Source: a virus
IMG/VR virus record: IMGVR_UViG_3300008952_001422
Span: 1-64,000 of that record
Length of the DNA stretch: 64,000 bases
Direction: 5' to 3' (one strand)
In this document: positions 49,213 through 58,907 of the stretch, one piece after another
Numbering within the stretch: the stretch's first letter is position 1
How the letters are laid out: every line of letters starts with the position of its first letter
Notes under the pieces: generated by a model
Databases searched by the model: none
What the model saw: the letters and a program-made list of their open reading frames with translations, nothing else
What the model was told of the DNA's origin: nothing
Made by a program: the position numbers and the translations under genes

Positions 49213-49871
49213 TGTCTACACGATATGGGTCGAACCTATCGTTTAATGATGTATTGTTCAATGCACTATTAGGGTTTGTAGTTTTATTTGTATTAGCACT
49301 TCTGTTAATTAATCCAATAACAAAGAAATCAGATATCCCATCAAAAGCAGAAATCATGCTCACTTTAGAGTGGGATAGCGAAGTTGCTGACGATATAGAT
49401 ATATGGGTATTAGGTCCAGTTATGGGCGCACCTATTAGTTTCCAAAACAAACATAGTGGATATATGCACCTAGACAGAGATGACTTAGGAAGGTCATCAG
49501 ATGTTATGATGATAGATGGTGAGAAAATAATTATTAAAATAAATCGTGAAGTTGTAACCATGCGTGGTATAGCGGCAGGTGATTATTACATCAATATTCA
49601 CGTATATCATAAAAATTCAACAACTGGTCCAACTAAATATACAGTAACACTACTAGATGTTAATCCATATAAAGAAGTTTACGTCATGCAAGGTGAATTA
49701 CACAGTCGTGGCGATATTGTTAGACTTCCAGGATTTACATTGAATGAGGAAGGAGAAATTACTGATATCTGGACAAGTGATAAGATAATAGTTGGAGCAA
49801 GAGATACAAGTAGTGCTATAACGCACTATTCAAATGAACAAGGCATGGTGAATCCAGCCGACCAAGAGTAA
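49212..49871 (+). CDS. ExbD/MotB-like single-TM partner with YfaP-like periplasmic domain
   Basis: FNDVLFN TM with Asp; LEW..D.DIWV..P, LDRDD.G and GDY.IN.H motifs. Confidence 0.7.
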   Translation: MSTRYGSNLSFNDVLFNALLGFVVLFVLALLLINPITKKSDIPSKAEIMLTLEWDSEVADDIDIWVLGPVMGAPISFQNKHSGYMHLDRDDLGRSSDVMMIDGEKIIIKINREVVTMRGIAAGDYYINIHVYHKNSTTGPTKYTVTLLDVNPYKEVYVMQGELHSRGDIVRLPGFTLNEEGEITDIWTSDKIIVGARDTSSAITHYSNEQGMVNPADQE

Positions 49872-49886
49872 TAGAGGAGAATATAG

Positions 49887-50663
49887 ATGTTTTGGAATGA
49901 GATAACAGTTGATACTATGATTATGGTCTACGTAGTTGGACTATTCGCATTAATTATAGTATGTTTATATGCTCTAATTCAAAGTAAAGCAAACAAACTT
50001 TACACATTCATTATAATTCCATTAGCATTGATTATGGCAAGTATGACTTGGCAAGGTATCAAACTATTACAAGGTATGCCAGTTTATGGATTACCTATGA
50101 ATGAAAAAATTGAAGTACTATATGTCGAAGATAATAAGCCTTGGATATTTGTATTGTTAAGAGAGGAACATGGACCTGTTCTTTATAAAATAGATTGGAC
50201 AGAAGCAAACAAAAAGAAAATGCAAGAGTTGAAACGTTTAATTGGTGGAAGTTTTGCCCAAGGTAAATTTAAAAAAGAAGGCAATAAAGGTGAAACAACA
50301 GATTCATTTATATTTACACCAATGGAAAATATGACAGAACCTGAGAGTAAAGACCCAGAGGAAAATAGTGGTGTAACATTTTCACATCAGTCACCTACTG
50401 CTACTTATCCGGCTGACCGACCACAATTAGGCGGCTCAGTAGGCGGTTCAGGAGTTAGTTACGTACCCACAGAAGAAAATAACGATGATGATTTTATGAG
50501 AATAATTGAAGAAAGACAAGATATTAGAGAGTCGATAGAAGACGGAGTATCATTTACAAGAAATCCAGAAATAGATAATCAAGGATGGTCTACATTACTT
50601 TTATTCACAGAACAAGAAGTTAGAGAACCATTCATAGGTCCATTAAACGAGGGAGAAGAATAA
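49887..50663 (+). CDS. Two-TM membrane protein with long acidic tail
   Basis: GAGGAG RBS; third gene of the motor operon. Confidence 0.7.
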   Translation: MFWNEITVDTMIMVYVVGLFALIIVCLYALIQSKANKLYTFIIIPLALIMASMTWQGIKLLQGMPVYGLPMNEKIEVLYVEDNKPWIFVLLREEHGPVLYKIDWTEANKKKMQELKRLIGGSFAQGKFKKEGNKGETTDSFIFTPMENMTEPESKDPEENSGVTFSHQSPTATYPADRPQLGGSVGGSGVSYVPTEENNDDDFMRIIEERQDIRESIEDGVSFTRNPEIDNQGWSTLLLFTEQEVREPFIGPLNEGEE

Positions 50664-50962
50664 TGTTATCAGAAAGTGTAGGAGCAGTTTTAATGATAGG
50701 ACATTTTATTGTATCAATTTTTAATGTACAACTTGGTGCGCCAGTTATCTATACAATGCCATTTGCAACTATGGAGCAATGCCAATTCTATGGTGAACAA
50801 TTGCCAAAAGACATGCAGATAGATATTGAGTGGAAGCATAGTACAAGATTTGAATGTTTCACAATTGCACAATTTCAAGAACTTCAACGACAACAGTTGC
50901 AACCTAAACAAGGCACGGCTCCAGAAAGTGCTACTAAACCAGAAGGCCCAATGAACCCATAA
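50663..50962 (+). CDS. Small exported or membrane protein
   Basis: Hydrophobic N-terminus, two Cys. Confidence 0.6.
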   Translation: MLSESVGAVLMIGHFIVSIFNVQLGAPVIYTMPFATMEQCQFYGEQLPKDMQIDIEWKHSTRFECFTIAQFQELQRQQLQPKQGTAPESATKPEGPMNP

Positions 50963-50974
50963 GGGTAAAATAAG

Positions 50975-51823
50975 ATGAAAAAGATATTCACTTTTATAAA
51001 AGAACTATTACTTATAAGATTATTGATTAAACTTATAACAAATCCTATATTATTAGTATGTATAGTTCTTGCCGTTGCTGTAAGTAAAGACCAAGTAGTT
51101 AAATGGTATGATGATTACATGATACTATACGAAGAAGCAAACAATAAAGTCGAAGAAGAAGAAAATAGTCAAGGATTAATTTTTACGAAGATAGATGACA
51201 AGTTATATACATTAATGGGCACAGTAGAAGAAGGTGATTGTGAAAAGATTGCACCGGATATGCCTCCAGCATTTACTGTAATTTTAGAAAGTCCAGGTGG
51301 TAACTTAAAAGATGGTTCTTGTTTAGCGGCTCACATAAAACTTCGTGACGTAGTTACAGTAGTCAGAGATAGCATAGTTTTGAATGAACTAGGCGAAGTC
51401 ATTTATAAACCAGGCTCAAATCTTGACATTGATGAAAACACACCAGATTATATGAGAGGAAAATCAATATGTGCCTCAGCATGTGGTCTAATGTTCTTAG
51501 CAGGAGATAAACGATACTTGATGGGTGAAGTTTATTTCGGAATACATGGTCCAGGTACTCCTCCTGGTAGTATGAATGGGGCAAGTCCAGCGGCTATTGA
51601 AAGTAGTGCATTTAGAACTGCATCATCATTGATGAAACTACTTAAGTCTTTAGGAGTCGATGATGAAGATTTACGACTATTGTTCATTCAAATTCCAAAC
51701 GCAACAATGTATTGGCTACATCCTCGAGATTTTGAAGTAAGACCAGCATTGATTACTATTGCAACAGATTACAGAGATTTCTTTGGAACTACAGGTAGTG
51801 ATTTAGAAGGCGGACTTCGCTAA
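50975..51823 (+). CDS. Membrane-anchored ClpP/crotonase-fold periplasmic protein
   Basis: LESPGG, CASAC, FLAG..R and GIHGP motifs. Confidence 0.7.
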   Translation: MKKIFTFIKELLLIRLLIKLITNPILLVCIVLAVAVSKDQVVKWYDDYMILYEEANNKVEEEENSQGLIFTKIDDKLYTLMGTVEEGDCEKIAPDMPPAFTVILESPGGNLKDGSCLAAHIKLRDVVTVVRDSIVLNELGEVIYKPGSNLDIDENTPDYMRGKSICASACGLMFLAGDKRYLMGEVYFGIHGPGTPPGSMNGASPAAIESSAFRTASSLMKLLKSLGVDDEDLRLLFIQIPNATMYWLHPRDFEVRPALITIATDYRDFFGTTGSDLEGGLR

Positions 51824-51910
51824 AAGTAATCTAAATTAAACTCTAATTTAACTAAATAGATGTACGAAAGGTTAAATTCGTATAGATTAATTAGTAATTA
51901 GAGGTGACAT

Positions 51911-52957
51911 ATGTTAAAATCATTTTTTCTAAGTAGGGAATACTTCGTATATGCATGGCTAATGCTGGCATTTCTCTTAAGCATGATTTGGTACAATGTA
52001 GAAATATTAGTATTCTACAACTTCTGGAACAAAGAAATCTATGATGTAATTCAATCACTACAAGAAGAAAGATTCTGGGAATTATTCCTGGGGTGGGATG
52101 TTGGTAGATTTTTGAATTTTGTGACCTTAACCGAGGGGACACAACCCTCATTCGTTGAAATCTTAGTCCTATACATTCCAATAGCAGTTTATTCCACTTG
52201 GCAGACACAAAGATACTGTTTTATGTGGCGACAAGCAAATACCAAACACTATATGACACGTTGGGAAGGTTCAACAGCAAAGATTGAAGGTGGCTCACAG
52301 CGTATACAAGAAGACTTAATGATATTTGGTAAGACGCTCCAAGGATTATTTACTGGATTCTTTAGTGCGATACTTATCTTATTTGCATTCCTTCCTATTT
52401 TATGGAATCTATCAGAGAGTTTACCTGTTTGGAATGGTATGATTATTCCTGGATTCTTAGTATGGATTGCATTATCTGTATCAATTGGTGGTACTTTAAT
52501 ATCTCTTTTACTTGGTTGGAAACTACCCGGTCTTGAATATAGAAATCAGGTAGTAGAAGCCAAAATGAGAAGGCAACTAGTTTTCTCTGAAGATAATTTT
52601 AAGGACAGAGCCACTGAAGTTCTATTTCCTATGTTCTATTCTGTACGTAGAAACTACTATAGACTGTTTAACTGGTATATGGGATTTGGTATATGGCAAA
52701 CAGCATTTGGATTATGTGTAGGTAACTTAGCACTAGTTGTTTTAGCACCTGCATACTTTGACCAACTCATCACACTTGGAGTCTTATTCCAAGTTCTAAA
52801 CGCATTCGGACGAGTAGAAAGTTCAATGGGTTACTTTATAGACCGTTGGACAACGATTGTTGATTTCTTATCAGTCATTAGACGTTTGAGAGAATTCAAC
52901 AAAGCACTTGATGACGCCGAAGATGTTACTTTTGATGACTCTGGCAAAAAAGTCTAG
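51911..52957 (+). CDS. sbmA: SbmA/BacA peptide transporter
   Basis: MLKSFF, IEGGSQRIQED, KLPGLEY.NQ.VEA and VRRNYYRL motifs. Confidence 0.9.
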   Translation: MLKSFFLSREYFVYAWLMLAFLLSMIWYNVEILVFYNFWNKEIYDVIQSLQEERFWELFLGWDVGRFLNFVTLTEGTQPSFVEILVLYIPIAVYSTWQTQRYCFMWRQANTKHYMTRWEGSTAKIEGGSQRIQEDLMIFGKTLQGLFTGFFSAILILFAFLPILWNLSESLPVWNGMIIPGFLVWIALSVSIGGTLISLLLGWKLPGLEYRNQVVEAKMRRQLVFSEDNFKDRATEVLFPMFYSVRRNYYRLFNWYMGFGIWQTAFGLCVGNLALVVLAPAYFDQLITLGVLFQVLNAFGRVESSMGYFIDRWTTIVDFLSVIRRLREFNKALDDAEDVTFDDSGKKV

Positions 52958-53220
52958 TGAAAGACCAAGTTAAATTGGTAACAAATTATATATTACCTTT
53001 CATTTTCGGTGCAGGACTTATGTGGATTATTCAACAAAATCATATAAATGATTTACATCAAGAAATGGAATTTCAAAAATATAAACATGCTCAACAAGAG
53101 ATGTATCAAAAAATCAATCAGATAGAAGAAGACCTATATCGTAGACTTGCTGATGTTAATAGAAAACTAGGCAAGTTGGAAGTACGCAGTCGAATGATTA
53201 CTGGTGATGGTCATGACTGA
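52957..53220 (+). CDS. TM plus coiled-coil protein
   Basis: TAGTG coupling. Confidence 0.55.
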   Translation: MKDQVKLVTNYILPFIFGAGLMWIIQQNHINDLHQEMEFQKYKHAQQEMYQKINQIEEDLYRRLADVNRKLGKLEVRSRMITGDGHD

Positions 53221-53373
53221 AATCCTGCCGTCTTAGATAGTAAGATGGAAGAATACAAAATGATAGTTGATAACTGGTTACGATAAGATAAACTACTAAT
53301 AAAACTTAACTACACACTATATATAGTACGGTTTTCTCTTAAATAATACTAGAGATAGAGGTTTTTAGGAGGT

Positions 53374-53604
53374 ATGGGTATGAAATTCTTATACGTTGAT
53401 GTTGATAATCGTAAGGTTGTTGGCTTATTTAGAAATAGCAATGAAGAAATTATAAAACTCAATATGAAAGAGTTACAGATATTAGTTCAGAAAGAACAAT
53501 ATGTGCTTAATTCTAGTATATTATCAGAGTTAAAAGAGGCTCTTAAGGCTATGGGACAGTATCGAAAAGCAAATCGTCCTTGGTACGAAAGGCTTTTCTG
53601 GTAA
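53374..53604 (+). CDS. Hypothetical protein
   Basis: AGGAGGT RBS; followed by terminator. Confidence 0.7.
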   Translation: MGMKFLYVDVDNRKVVGLFRNSNEEIIKLNMKELQILVQKEQYVLNSSILSELKEALKAMGQYRKANRPWYERLFW

Positions 53605-53623
53605 TAAAATCAATTTACTGTCT

Positions 53624-53651
53624 AATCCCGGCTCATGCTGGGATTTTTTTT
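53624..53651 (+). terminator. Rho-independent terminator
   Basis: AATCCCGGC-TCAT-GCTGGGATT followed by a T run. Confidence 0.85.
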
Positions 53652-53711
53652 GCTTCCCATCCATGAAAATGATAAATACAATAAAGTATAATTTAATGTT
53701 AGAGATATTGT

Positions 53712-56700
53712 ATGGATTTATCAGAACTACTAGAAGATAGCAATAAAGACTTGGTTATTATATATCCAGGACGTTTTCACCCATTCCATATAGGACATGG
53801 TAAAGTATATCAATACTTAAAGATAAACTATCCGAACGCCCAGGTGTTTATTTCAACTTCAGACAATACTGATGGAGATAGGTCACCTTTTACTTTTGAA
53901 GAAAAGAAAAAGATGATGATACTGGCTGGTGTTGATTCTGGTGCTATTGTTCAGTGCAAATCTCCATATCAGTCCGTAGAGATTACGGAAAGATTTGATG
54001 AAAACAAGACAGTTGTTGTCTTTGCTGTATCTGAAAAAGATATGGAAGAAGAACCAAGATTTGATTTTTCAAAGGGCATTAGTTTTAAGAAAAACGGTGA
54101 ACCAGCGTATCTACAACAATGGAGGGGTTTAGATTCTTCTGAAACTTTTAGCAAACATGGTTACTTAGCAACAACACCTACATATGGATTTAAAGTACGA
54201 GGTGTAGAAATAAACAGTGCATCGCAAATTCGAAATATGATTGCGACAAGTGATGACACAGAACTTAATCAAATTTTACAAGATTTATATAATATTACTG
54301 ATGTTCCACAGGATATAATAGAGATATTTAAGAGAAAGATTGGAAACAAGGAAACAATGAATGAAAACTGGAGTGAATGTTCACTTTCCGAGTTTTTAAT
54401 TGAAATCGAACACGAGGAAAAGAAAATGAAAAAGGGCATACTAAAAACAATAACTGAAGGAAAGGTTTTAGATGTTGTTTTAAAACCAATAACCGAAGGA
54501 AAGAAAGACTTACACGAAGTTGTTTTAGATGTAGATTATTCTAGAAATCCTGATGCATTAGTTAAAGCAATTAACACTATGGGTAAAAGACTTAATCTTA
54601 CACTTATGAATGCACCTTCTGGAGTAGAAGATTTAAAGACAAAAGGCGAAGCAAGATTACAAGGCGGTGTAAAAGATATAACTGCATTTGTAGAGTATTT
54701 GTATAAAAAAGGTATAATGCCATATTATAATATAGTAAAAGAGGGTAAAAGCCCACATAAAAAGGGAACCAAAAAGTATAATGCCCACATGGCAGCCATA
54801 CATGCCGAGTCTAATGAAAGTGAATTCACTAGAAAAGTCCAAGAAATAACAGAAAAAAAGATTAGTATTTTTGAAAGTCTTGCGGCAGACATAAAAGATT
54901 ATGTTGATGACCACAAAAAACACTTTGATGCCTATCCACAAGATGTAGAAATAGAAGATAAAATTTATGACTGGGATGAATACTGGGCAATATTAGATAA
55001 AGTTTATCCAGATGATTACGGCAATCAATATGCACAAGAAGGTGTTATGGGAACTATAGGACAAGGAATAGATGATTTGGCGGTAGGTGCTGGCAAGTTA
55101 GCCTGGAAAGGTGCCAAGAAAGCGGCTCCACACGTTAAAGCAGGAGCCAAGAAAGGTGCTAGTGCAGTTGGAAAAGGACTCAAAAAATTGAGTAAAATAG
55201 GAAGCAAAAATGTATCATCTAAATTTGATGGCACAGGTCATGTTAGTTCTACTTTCAGATATAATGAAGATTCTTCCGACTCTGTATTTTCTATTAGAAA
55301 ATTTAAAAATGCTAAAGACCCATCTAAAGATGGACTAGAAATTACTAAAACTGGTGGCATGGGTGGCACAGTTATTATAAAAAATCAAAGAGAACTAAAA
55401 GATTTATTAGTGGCACTTAAAAGCAATGTTGATAATCTTAAAGAAAATTATGCAAATGAACAACATGAACAACTAGAATATATTCATCACGTGTTACAAG
55501 AATGTGGTGCTGGAAATGTAGACAACGCAATGGTTGACCAAGCAATAGAATTTGTTGAAGATATTAGAGAACAACATTTTAATGCTGACGGTTCTACAAA
55601 ATCAGAGAGTATCAAAGAAGGTCTAGATAACGATGACACACGTAATATTGCTATTCGTTGTGTTGATGAAATGGTGTCTCAAGGACTTATTCCTAATGAT
55701 ATGGACACAGACAATCAAACTGAATTTGAAATTCAAGACATTATTCATGACCATATAAACAAAGCATTACAAGTACGAGAATCTCAAGGTTACACAGATA
55801 CAGGTAACATCGCAGGCTACTTAGATACGATTGATGAGTATGTAGAAATGTTATTTAAAAGTTCTAAAGATAAAAAAGAAACTGAAATAGCATACAGAAT
55901 TCAAAATGCTGTTGACGATATTAGAACTAGAGAACTTGGATTAAAGCCAAGTTTAATCAGAGCAAAGTACAACAAAGAAATAAAAGAAGAAATTGATTAT
56001 GATAATCTTAATTCTGATGACATTCATGGTACAAATATAAAGGATTATCCTGAATATTTTGATGTTAAAGAAGTTGATGATGACCTTAATGTTTGTGACA
56101 GATGTGGCGATATTCAACGTTGGTATGATGAGATGTATTGGAAAGGTGAAGAAGATATGGAAACAAATGAAATCCTTGGCGATGACAATGAGGCTGTTTG
56201 TGACCGATGTTTTGGTGAACTTGCAAGAGAACATCATGGTAGAAATAAAAAAGCCAGTGAGTCATATGAACCTAAAATGGGTTGGGAAAAGCCATCGGGA
56301 GATGTACCAAAAGACCATGAGTATGGACCTGGAAGTGAAGATAGACCTAAGGGTAAACGAGGTTATACGTCATCAAGAAATGCTAGAACATCACACTTAA
56401 AATCAATTAAAAAGTGGGCAAATAAAAAACGTAGACAAATGGATAAAGATGCTAAAGATGGAGTAACAGATATGGGAAAAATGACTTCTGATGAAAGAGC
56501 AAAGAGGTCATGGGCCATGATAGCAAGTAAAGACTATGATAATAAATCAATTATTAAAGACGGAGTAAATCAAGACCAAAGTCCAGAATCAATAGAACAG
56601 ATGCAAGAAATCTATAAGTATAATGAAGATAGAAATCATCATTCAGGAAATATACTTATGTTAGCACATGCATTTGGCACTAGACCTGAGATTAAAGCAA

Positions 56701-57434
56701 TTGAAGGACTTATGAAGATAATCAAAAGACAAGGACATGTAACTCCAGAACAAAACGATTTAATGTATAACGCAATACATAAGAAATACTATCAGGAATT
56801 ATTCCCACAAGCCCAAGAAGGTAATGAATTCTCAGGTGAATTAGCAAAAGCAAAAATTGATGGTAAGAAGTCATTTAAGGTTGATGGTAAAACTTATAAA
56901 GTTAAAGAAGCACTAACAAAACTTATAGACAATCAGAAATTTGTTGAAGCAGGCATTGTAAACTATTCTGATGCAAAGGGTAAACCTAAGTATAAGGAAG
57001 GTCAAAAGGCTGCCAAAAACGGTGAGCCATATGACAGCAATCCATATGATGGTGCTGAAAAACTTCATTGGTCAAAAGGTCACAATGACTGGAGACAAGA
57101 AAATCGCAGAAAACAAGGTAAACCAAATTATGGTGCGAGAGGACAATTCGAAGACATAGAATCTGACATTGATGAAGATGGTGTTTCAGCAGAAGACCTT
57201 GTAGATATTATTACACATCGTATTAAGATGAATAAAGAATTGATGTTGTCGTTATTAGGTGATGAAGGTCCAGGTCCATTAATGAGAGCAATTGAAGATG
57301 TAGCAGAGTTTCATAGTGGCACAACTGAAGTGGGTTCAAGTGATGTATCAATAATGGTTAAGGAAGTTATTAAATCAATGTTTCCGCTTGATTATCGTAA
57401 ATTTGATTCTGCGCCATATGGTAAGGATTCCTAA
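53712..57434 (+). CDS. Multidomain protein: N-terminal HIGH-family nucleotidyltransferase plus many small modules
   Basis: MDLSELLE tag; PGRFHPFHIGH...SASQIR; CDRC..CDRC zinc ribbon; many (I/V/L)xE junctions. Confidence 0.8.
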   Translation: MDLSELLEDSNKDLVIIYPGRFHPFHIGHGKVYQYLKINYPNAQVFISTSDNTDGDRSPFTFEEKKKMMILAGVDSGAIVQCKSPYQSVEITERFDENKTVVVFAVSEKDMEEEPRFDFSKGISFKKNGEPAYLQQWRGLDSSETFSKHGYLATTPTYGFKVRGVEINSASQIRNMIATSDDTELNQILQDLYNITDVPQDIIEIFKRKIGNKETMNENWSECSLSEFLIEIEHEEKKMKKGILKTITEGKVLDVVLKPITEGKKDLHEVVLDVDYSRNPDALVKAINTMGKRLNLTLMNAPSGVEDLKTKGEARLQGGVKDITAFVEYLYKKGIMPYYNIVKEGKSPHKKGTKKYNAHMAAIHAESNESEFTRKVQEITEKKISIFESLAADIKDYVDDHKKHFDAYPQDVEIEDKIYDWDEYWAILDKVYPDDYGNQYAQEGVMGTIGQGIDDLAVGAGKLAWKGAKKAAPHVKAGAKKGASAVGKGLKKLSKIGSKNVSSKFDGTGHVSSTFRYNEDSSDSVFSIRKFKNAKDPSKDGLEITKTGGMGGTVIIKNQRELKDLLVALKSNVDNLKENYANEQHEQLEYIHHVLQECGAGNVDNAMVDQAIEFVEDIREQHFNADGSTKSESIKEGLDNDDTRNIAIRCVDEMVSQGLIPNDMDTDNQTEFEIQDIIHDHINKALQVRESQGYTDTGNIAGYLDTIDEYVEMLFKSSKDKKETEIAYRIQNAVDDIRTRELGLKPSLIRAKYNKEIKEEIDYDNLNSDDIHGTNIKDYPEYFDVKEVDDDLNVCDRCGDIQRWYDEMYWKGEEDMETNEILGDDNEAVCDRCFGELAREHHGRNKKASESYEPKMGWEKPSGDVPKDHEYGPGSEDRPKGKRGYTSSRNARTSHLKSIKKWANKKRRQMDKDAKDGVTDMGKMTSDERAKRSWAMIASKDYDNKSIIKDGVNQDQSPESIEQMQEIYKYNEDRNHHSGNILMLAHAFGTRPEIKAIEGLMKIIKRQGHVTPEQNDLMYNAIHKKYYQELFPQAQEGNEFSGELAKAKIDGKKSFKVDGKTYKVKEALTKLIDNQKFVEAGIVNYSDAKGKPKYKEGQKAAKNGEPYDSNPYDGAEKLHWSKGHNDWRQENRRKQGKPNYGARGQFEDIESDIDEDGVSAEDLVDIITHRIKMNKELMLSLLGDEGPGPLMRAIEDVAEFHSGTTEVGSSDVSIMVKEVIKSMFPLDYRKFDSAPYGKDS

Positions 57435-57437
57435 ATT

Positions 57438-57779
57438 ATGGCAAACGGAGTAGATTTAACACAACATGGTAAAGTAAACATGGACATCAAAAGTCTTGTA
57501 GGCATTGCTATAATGATAATGTCAATAGCGGCAGTTTACTTTTCATTGCAGGGCAAAATATCACAACTACAACTAGATGTTATTCGAATGCAAGATACTT
57601 CGGAATTGAATACAGAATTCCGTATTAAGTGGCCCAGAGGGGAACTTGGTGCATTACCAGATGATGCTGTACAAGACATAAACATTGAATATCTTAAAGA
57701 AGAAATAGAAGAGGTTAAGGAAGTTCTTGAAGAATTAGAAGAAGAACTAGAAGAACACATAAGAGCCCAGGGACAGTAA
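57438..57779 (+). CDS. TM plus coiled-coil phage protein
   Basis: NTEFRIKWPRG motif. Confidence 0.7.
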   Translation: MANGVDLTQHGKVNMDIKSLVGIAIMIMSIAAVYFSLQGKISQLQLDVIRMQDTSELNTEFRIKWPRGELGALPDDAVQDINIEYLKEEIEEVKEVLEELEEELEEHIRAQGQ

Positions 57780-57780
57780 T

Positions 57781-58041
57781 ATGAAAGACCAAATAATAAT
57801 GTTATTGATAGGAATTCTAATCGCCTTAGGTGGTTGGAATCTTACGCAAACATTTAGTCTATCAACTACTCAAGCAGTGTTAGATGATAAAGTTGATAAG
57901 TTAGAAAGAGGTGTTGAAAAACTTCAAGACCAAATGGACGACATGATGGACAAAGATGAAGAAATCATGGAACAGCATGAAGATTTGTTTGAACAAATTA
58001 GAAACAATAATGACAGCGGCTCAAGGACTTATAATTACTAA
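57781..58041 (+). CDS. TM plus coiled-coil protein
   Basis: N-terminal TM, heptad pattern. Confidence 0.65.
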   Translation: MKDQIIMLLIGILIALGGWNLTQTFSLSTTQAVLDDKVDKLERGVEKLQDQMDDMMDKDEEIMEQHEDLFEQIRNNNDSGSRTYNY

Positions 58042-58907
58042 TGAATTTATTTGAATTGACACAATATAAGAGTGCATCTGAGAAAGTGCTAATAGAGGGC
58101 GGTGCAATGCCTGGCGTTGGTGCTATTCATACTGATGAAATTAGACCAACACTTGCTCCATTAGAAAAAGAATTAGGAATCGATTTAATGAACAACACAT
58201 TAGGTAGTGTTGGCAAAAGAGAATTCAGTGGCGATATTGATGTTGCATTACAAATTGACACAGATAAGATACCAGAGTTTGTAGAAAGACTTAAAAAGAG
58301 CAATCAAATTCTTGATATTGCAAAGTCAAGTGTAATTATGACAAAGGTTAAAATTGTTGACTTTGATAAGAGTAAAGAAGATGGTAGACCAAGAACTGGT
58401 TATGTACAGGTAGACTTTATGCCTGGTGACCCAGATTGGTTAAAGACATACTATCATTCACCGAATGAAAAAGATAGTCAGTATAAAGGAGTTTATCGTA
58501 ATATAATGATTGCCTCTATTGCTGGAAACATAAATATCGAAGATAGTGAAGAAAAGATTGATGATGGCAGACCATTACAATCGAAAAGATTTATGTGGAG
58601 TCCAAGAGATGGACTAGTAAGAGTTTTACGTAGACCTGTTCCTAAGAAAAGTGGACAAGGGTATACAAAGAAAAATAACAATAAAATTATTGCTGGACCA
58701 TGGAAGACAGCAGATGAAATTGCTAAGAATCTCGGTCTAGATAATGGTGACGATTTAGATAGTTACGAAACATTAGTTAAAGTAATTAAAAAGAATTTAT
58801 CTAATGAAGACCAGAAAGCAATATTTACTGCGTTTGCAGATAATTACACAATAAAGGGTTTAGGTCTCCCACCAGAACTTCAACAGTATGACCAAGGTGA
58901 ACTATAA
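58041..58907 (+). CDS. Pol-beta-superfamily nucleotidyltransferase
   Basis: LGSVGK...SGDIDV...VQVDFM; MNLFEL tag. Confidence 0.75.
   Translation: MNLFELTQYKSASEKVLIEGGAMPGVGAIHTDEIRPTLAPLEKELGIDLMNNTLGSVGKREFSGDIDVALQIDTDKIPEFVERLKKSNQILDIAKSSVIMTKVKIVDFDKSKEDGRPRTGYVQVDFMPGDPDWLKTYYHSPNEKDSQYKGVYRNIMIASIAGNINIEDSEEKIDDGRPLQSKRFMWSPRDGLVRVLRRPVPKKSGQGYTKKNNNKIIAGPWKTADEIAKNLGLDNGDDLDSYETLVKVIKKNLSNEDQKAIFTAFADNYTIKGLGLPPELQQYDQGEL

Noticed and set aside
51845-51884. Alternative pairings upstream of sbmA (possible switch)
   Set aside because: Short AT-rich stems are expected by chance, and one arm lies upstream of the likely late start site
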